Source: an uncultured delta proteobacterium (lineage in GTDB: Bacteria; Desulfobacterota; Desulfobacteria; Desulfobacterales; JAFDCJ01). From it: DNA of 64,000 nt. The notes beneath the pieces are model-generated. The model saw nothing but the letters and a program-made list of their open reading frames with translations. It was not told the origin of the DNA and ran no database searches. Location: the NCBI GenBank assembly GCA_963769935.1, contig CAVYNY010000010.1:736001-800000 (forward strand), read 5' to 3'. This document shows positions 62,985 to 64,000 of the stretch, piece by piece. The position numbers and the translations under genes are program-made. How positions within the stretch are numbered: position 1 is the stretch's first letter; the number at the start of each line of letters is the position of its first letter.

Positions 62985-64000
62985 TTGTCGGCAGCACCCT
63001 TGCGCTATTTTACCGGCCTGGCGTCTTTTCAAATGCTGGCCATGTTTCGCCGCGGCCTCTTTTACGCCTACCTTTCCATCTACCTGCGCCACTGCCTCGG
63101 CCTCAGCGTCACTGAGACGACCCTTTTTGCCACCCTGCCCATGGTGGTCAACGTACTGGCCCAGACCCTGGTCTGGGGCAGCTTATCCGACCGGCTCCAG
63201 CTGCGCCGCACGTTGATCATCGTCGGCGAAATGCTGGCCGCCGGCGGAACGGTTCTGACCTGGTACATCCATCGGCAATTTGCCGACCCGGCTGCCGCCG
63301 GCTACGCCATCATCGCCGGTCTGACAGCGATTGAAATTTTCTGGTCGATGTCCAACATCAGCTGGAGCGCCCTGGTTTCCGACCTCTATGACGCCGGGCA
63401 GCGCAGCCGCATTCAGGGGTGGCTTGCCAGCCTGGGCGGCGCCGGGCGCATGGCCGGGGTCTGGATCGGAGGTCTGCTCTATGACGGACTGGGTTTAAAG
63501 GCTGAGGGATGGGGATTTTTCGAGGGTCCGCTCTTCTTTGTGGCGGCCGGCGTCATGCTGATCTCCACCCTGCCCCTCCTTTACCTGCCCGAAGGCGGCA
63601 CCGGAAAAGATCAGGCAGGCGCAGCCGCAGATCTCCGCCGGGAGAGATCATCCGCCTCGGCCGCCGTTTACCTGGTCTTTTTGGCCGGCATGACCCTTAT
63701 CAACTTCGGCCGCAATTCGATTGCGATTATCTTTACCCAGTATCTGACGCTGGATCCGGGCCTGGCGCTGGACAGCCGGATGCTGGCCAGGGTCGTCAAT
63801 ACCCAGTCTCTGGCCATGGTCGCCCTGGGCTGGATGGCCGGCTCGATCTGCCGGCGAATAGGCAACGGCGCCGCGCTGCTGGCCGGCACCATGGCTGCCG
63901 TTGCCGGGCTGTCTCTGCTGGCTTTCACGCCTGCCCTGCCCATGGTCTTTGCGGGCTGCTTTTTGCGGGGCGTGGGGGATGCGGTGATCATGGCGGCCGC
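62985..64000 (+). CDS. MFS transporter (partial, runs off the window edge)
   Basis: Frame opening after a GGGAG RBS and TTG start; GLFYAYLSIYL, WGSLSDRLQLRR (MFS motif A), multiple TM. Confidence 0.88.
   Translation, partial: MSAAPLRYFTGLASFQMLAMFRRGLFYAYLSIYLRHCLGLSVTETTLFATLPMVVNVLAQTLVWGSLSDRLQLRRTLIIVGEMLAAGGTVLTWYIHRQFADPAAAGYAIIAGLTAIEIFWSMSNISWSALVSDLYDAGQRSRIQGWLASLGGAGRMAGVWIGGLLYDGLGLKAEGWGFFEGPLFFVAAGVMLISTLPLLYLPEGGTGKDQAGAAADLRRERSSASAAVYLVFLAGMTLINFGRNSIAIIFTQYLTLDPGLALDSRMLARVVNTQSLAMVALGWMAGSICRRIGNGAALLAGTMAAVAGLSLLAFTPALPMVFAGCFLRGVGDAVIMAA

Noticed and set aside
1..64000. tRNA, rRNA, integrase, transposase or prophage genes
   Set aside because: None recognised by eye; tRNAscan-SE and Rfam scans would be needed to exclude small RNAs

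Overview
Bacterial chromosomal window with about 45 intact genes. Gene content (Fe-S D-lactate dehydrogenase, giant CoA activase, ferredoxin, C-GCAxxG-C-C protein, small CxxC protein) suggests an anaerobic Desulfobacterota-like organism; this is inference, not a database result. No tRNA, rRNA, CRISPR array, integrase or transposase was seen. The main points are: (1) a co-oriented three-gene locus (16972-20653) headed by a GHKL-type ATPase followed by two unrecognised proteins, the best candidate for an undescribed defence or DNA-acting system; (2) a ~9 kb mosaic, mostly AT-rich island (~24.6-33.7 kb) in which essentially every gene is broken by frameshifts or stops while the flanks are intact, bounded by a 9-bp inverted match; (3) dense, nested families of intergenic palindromic and 7/8/9-mer tandem repeats, some recruited into protein termini; (4) two apparent internal-deletion scars (P-type ATPase, non-heme chloroperoxidase); (5) three sigma28-like promoters and a 56-aa Cys-rich protein missed by the ORF track. 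All product calls come from motifs read by eye.
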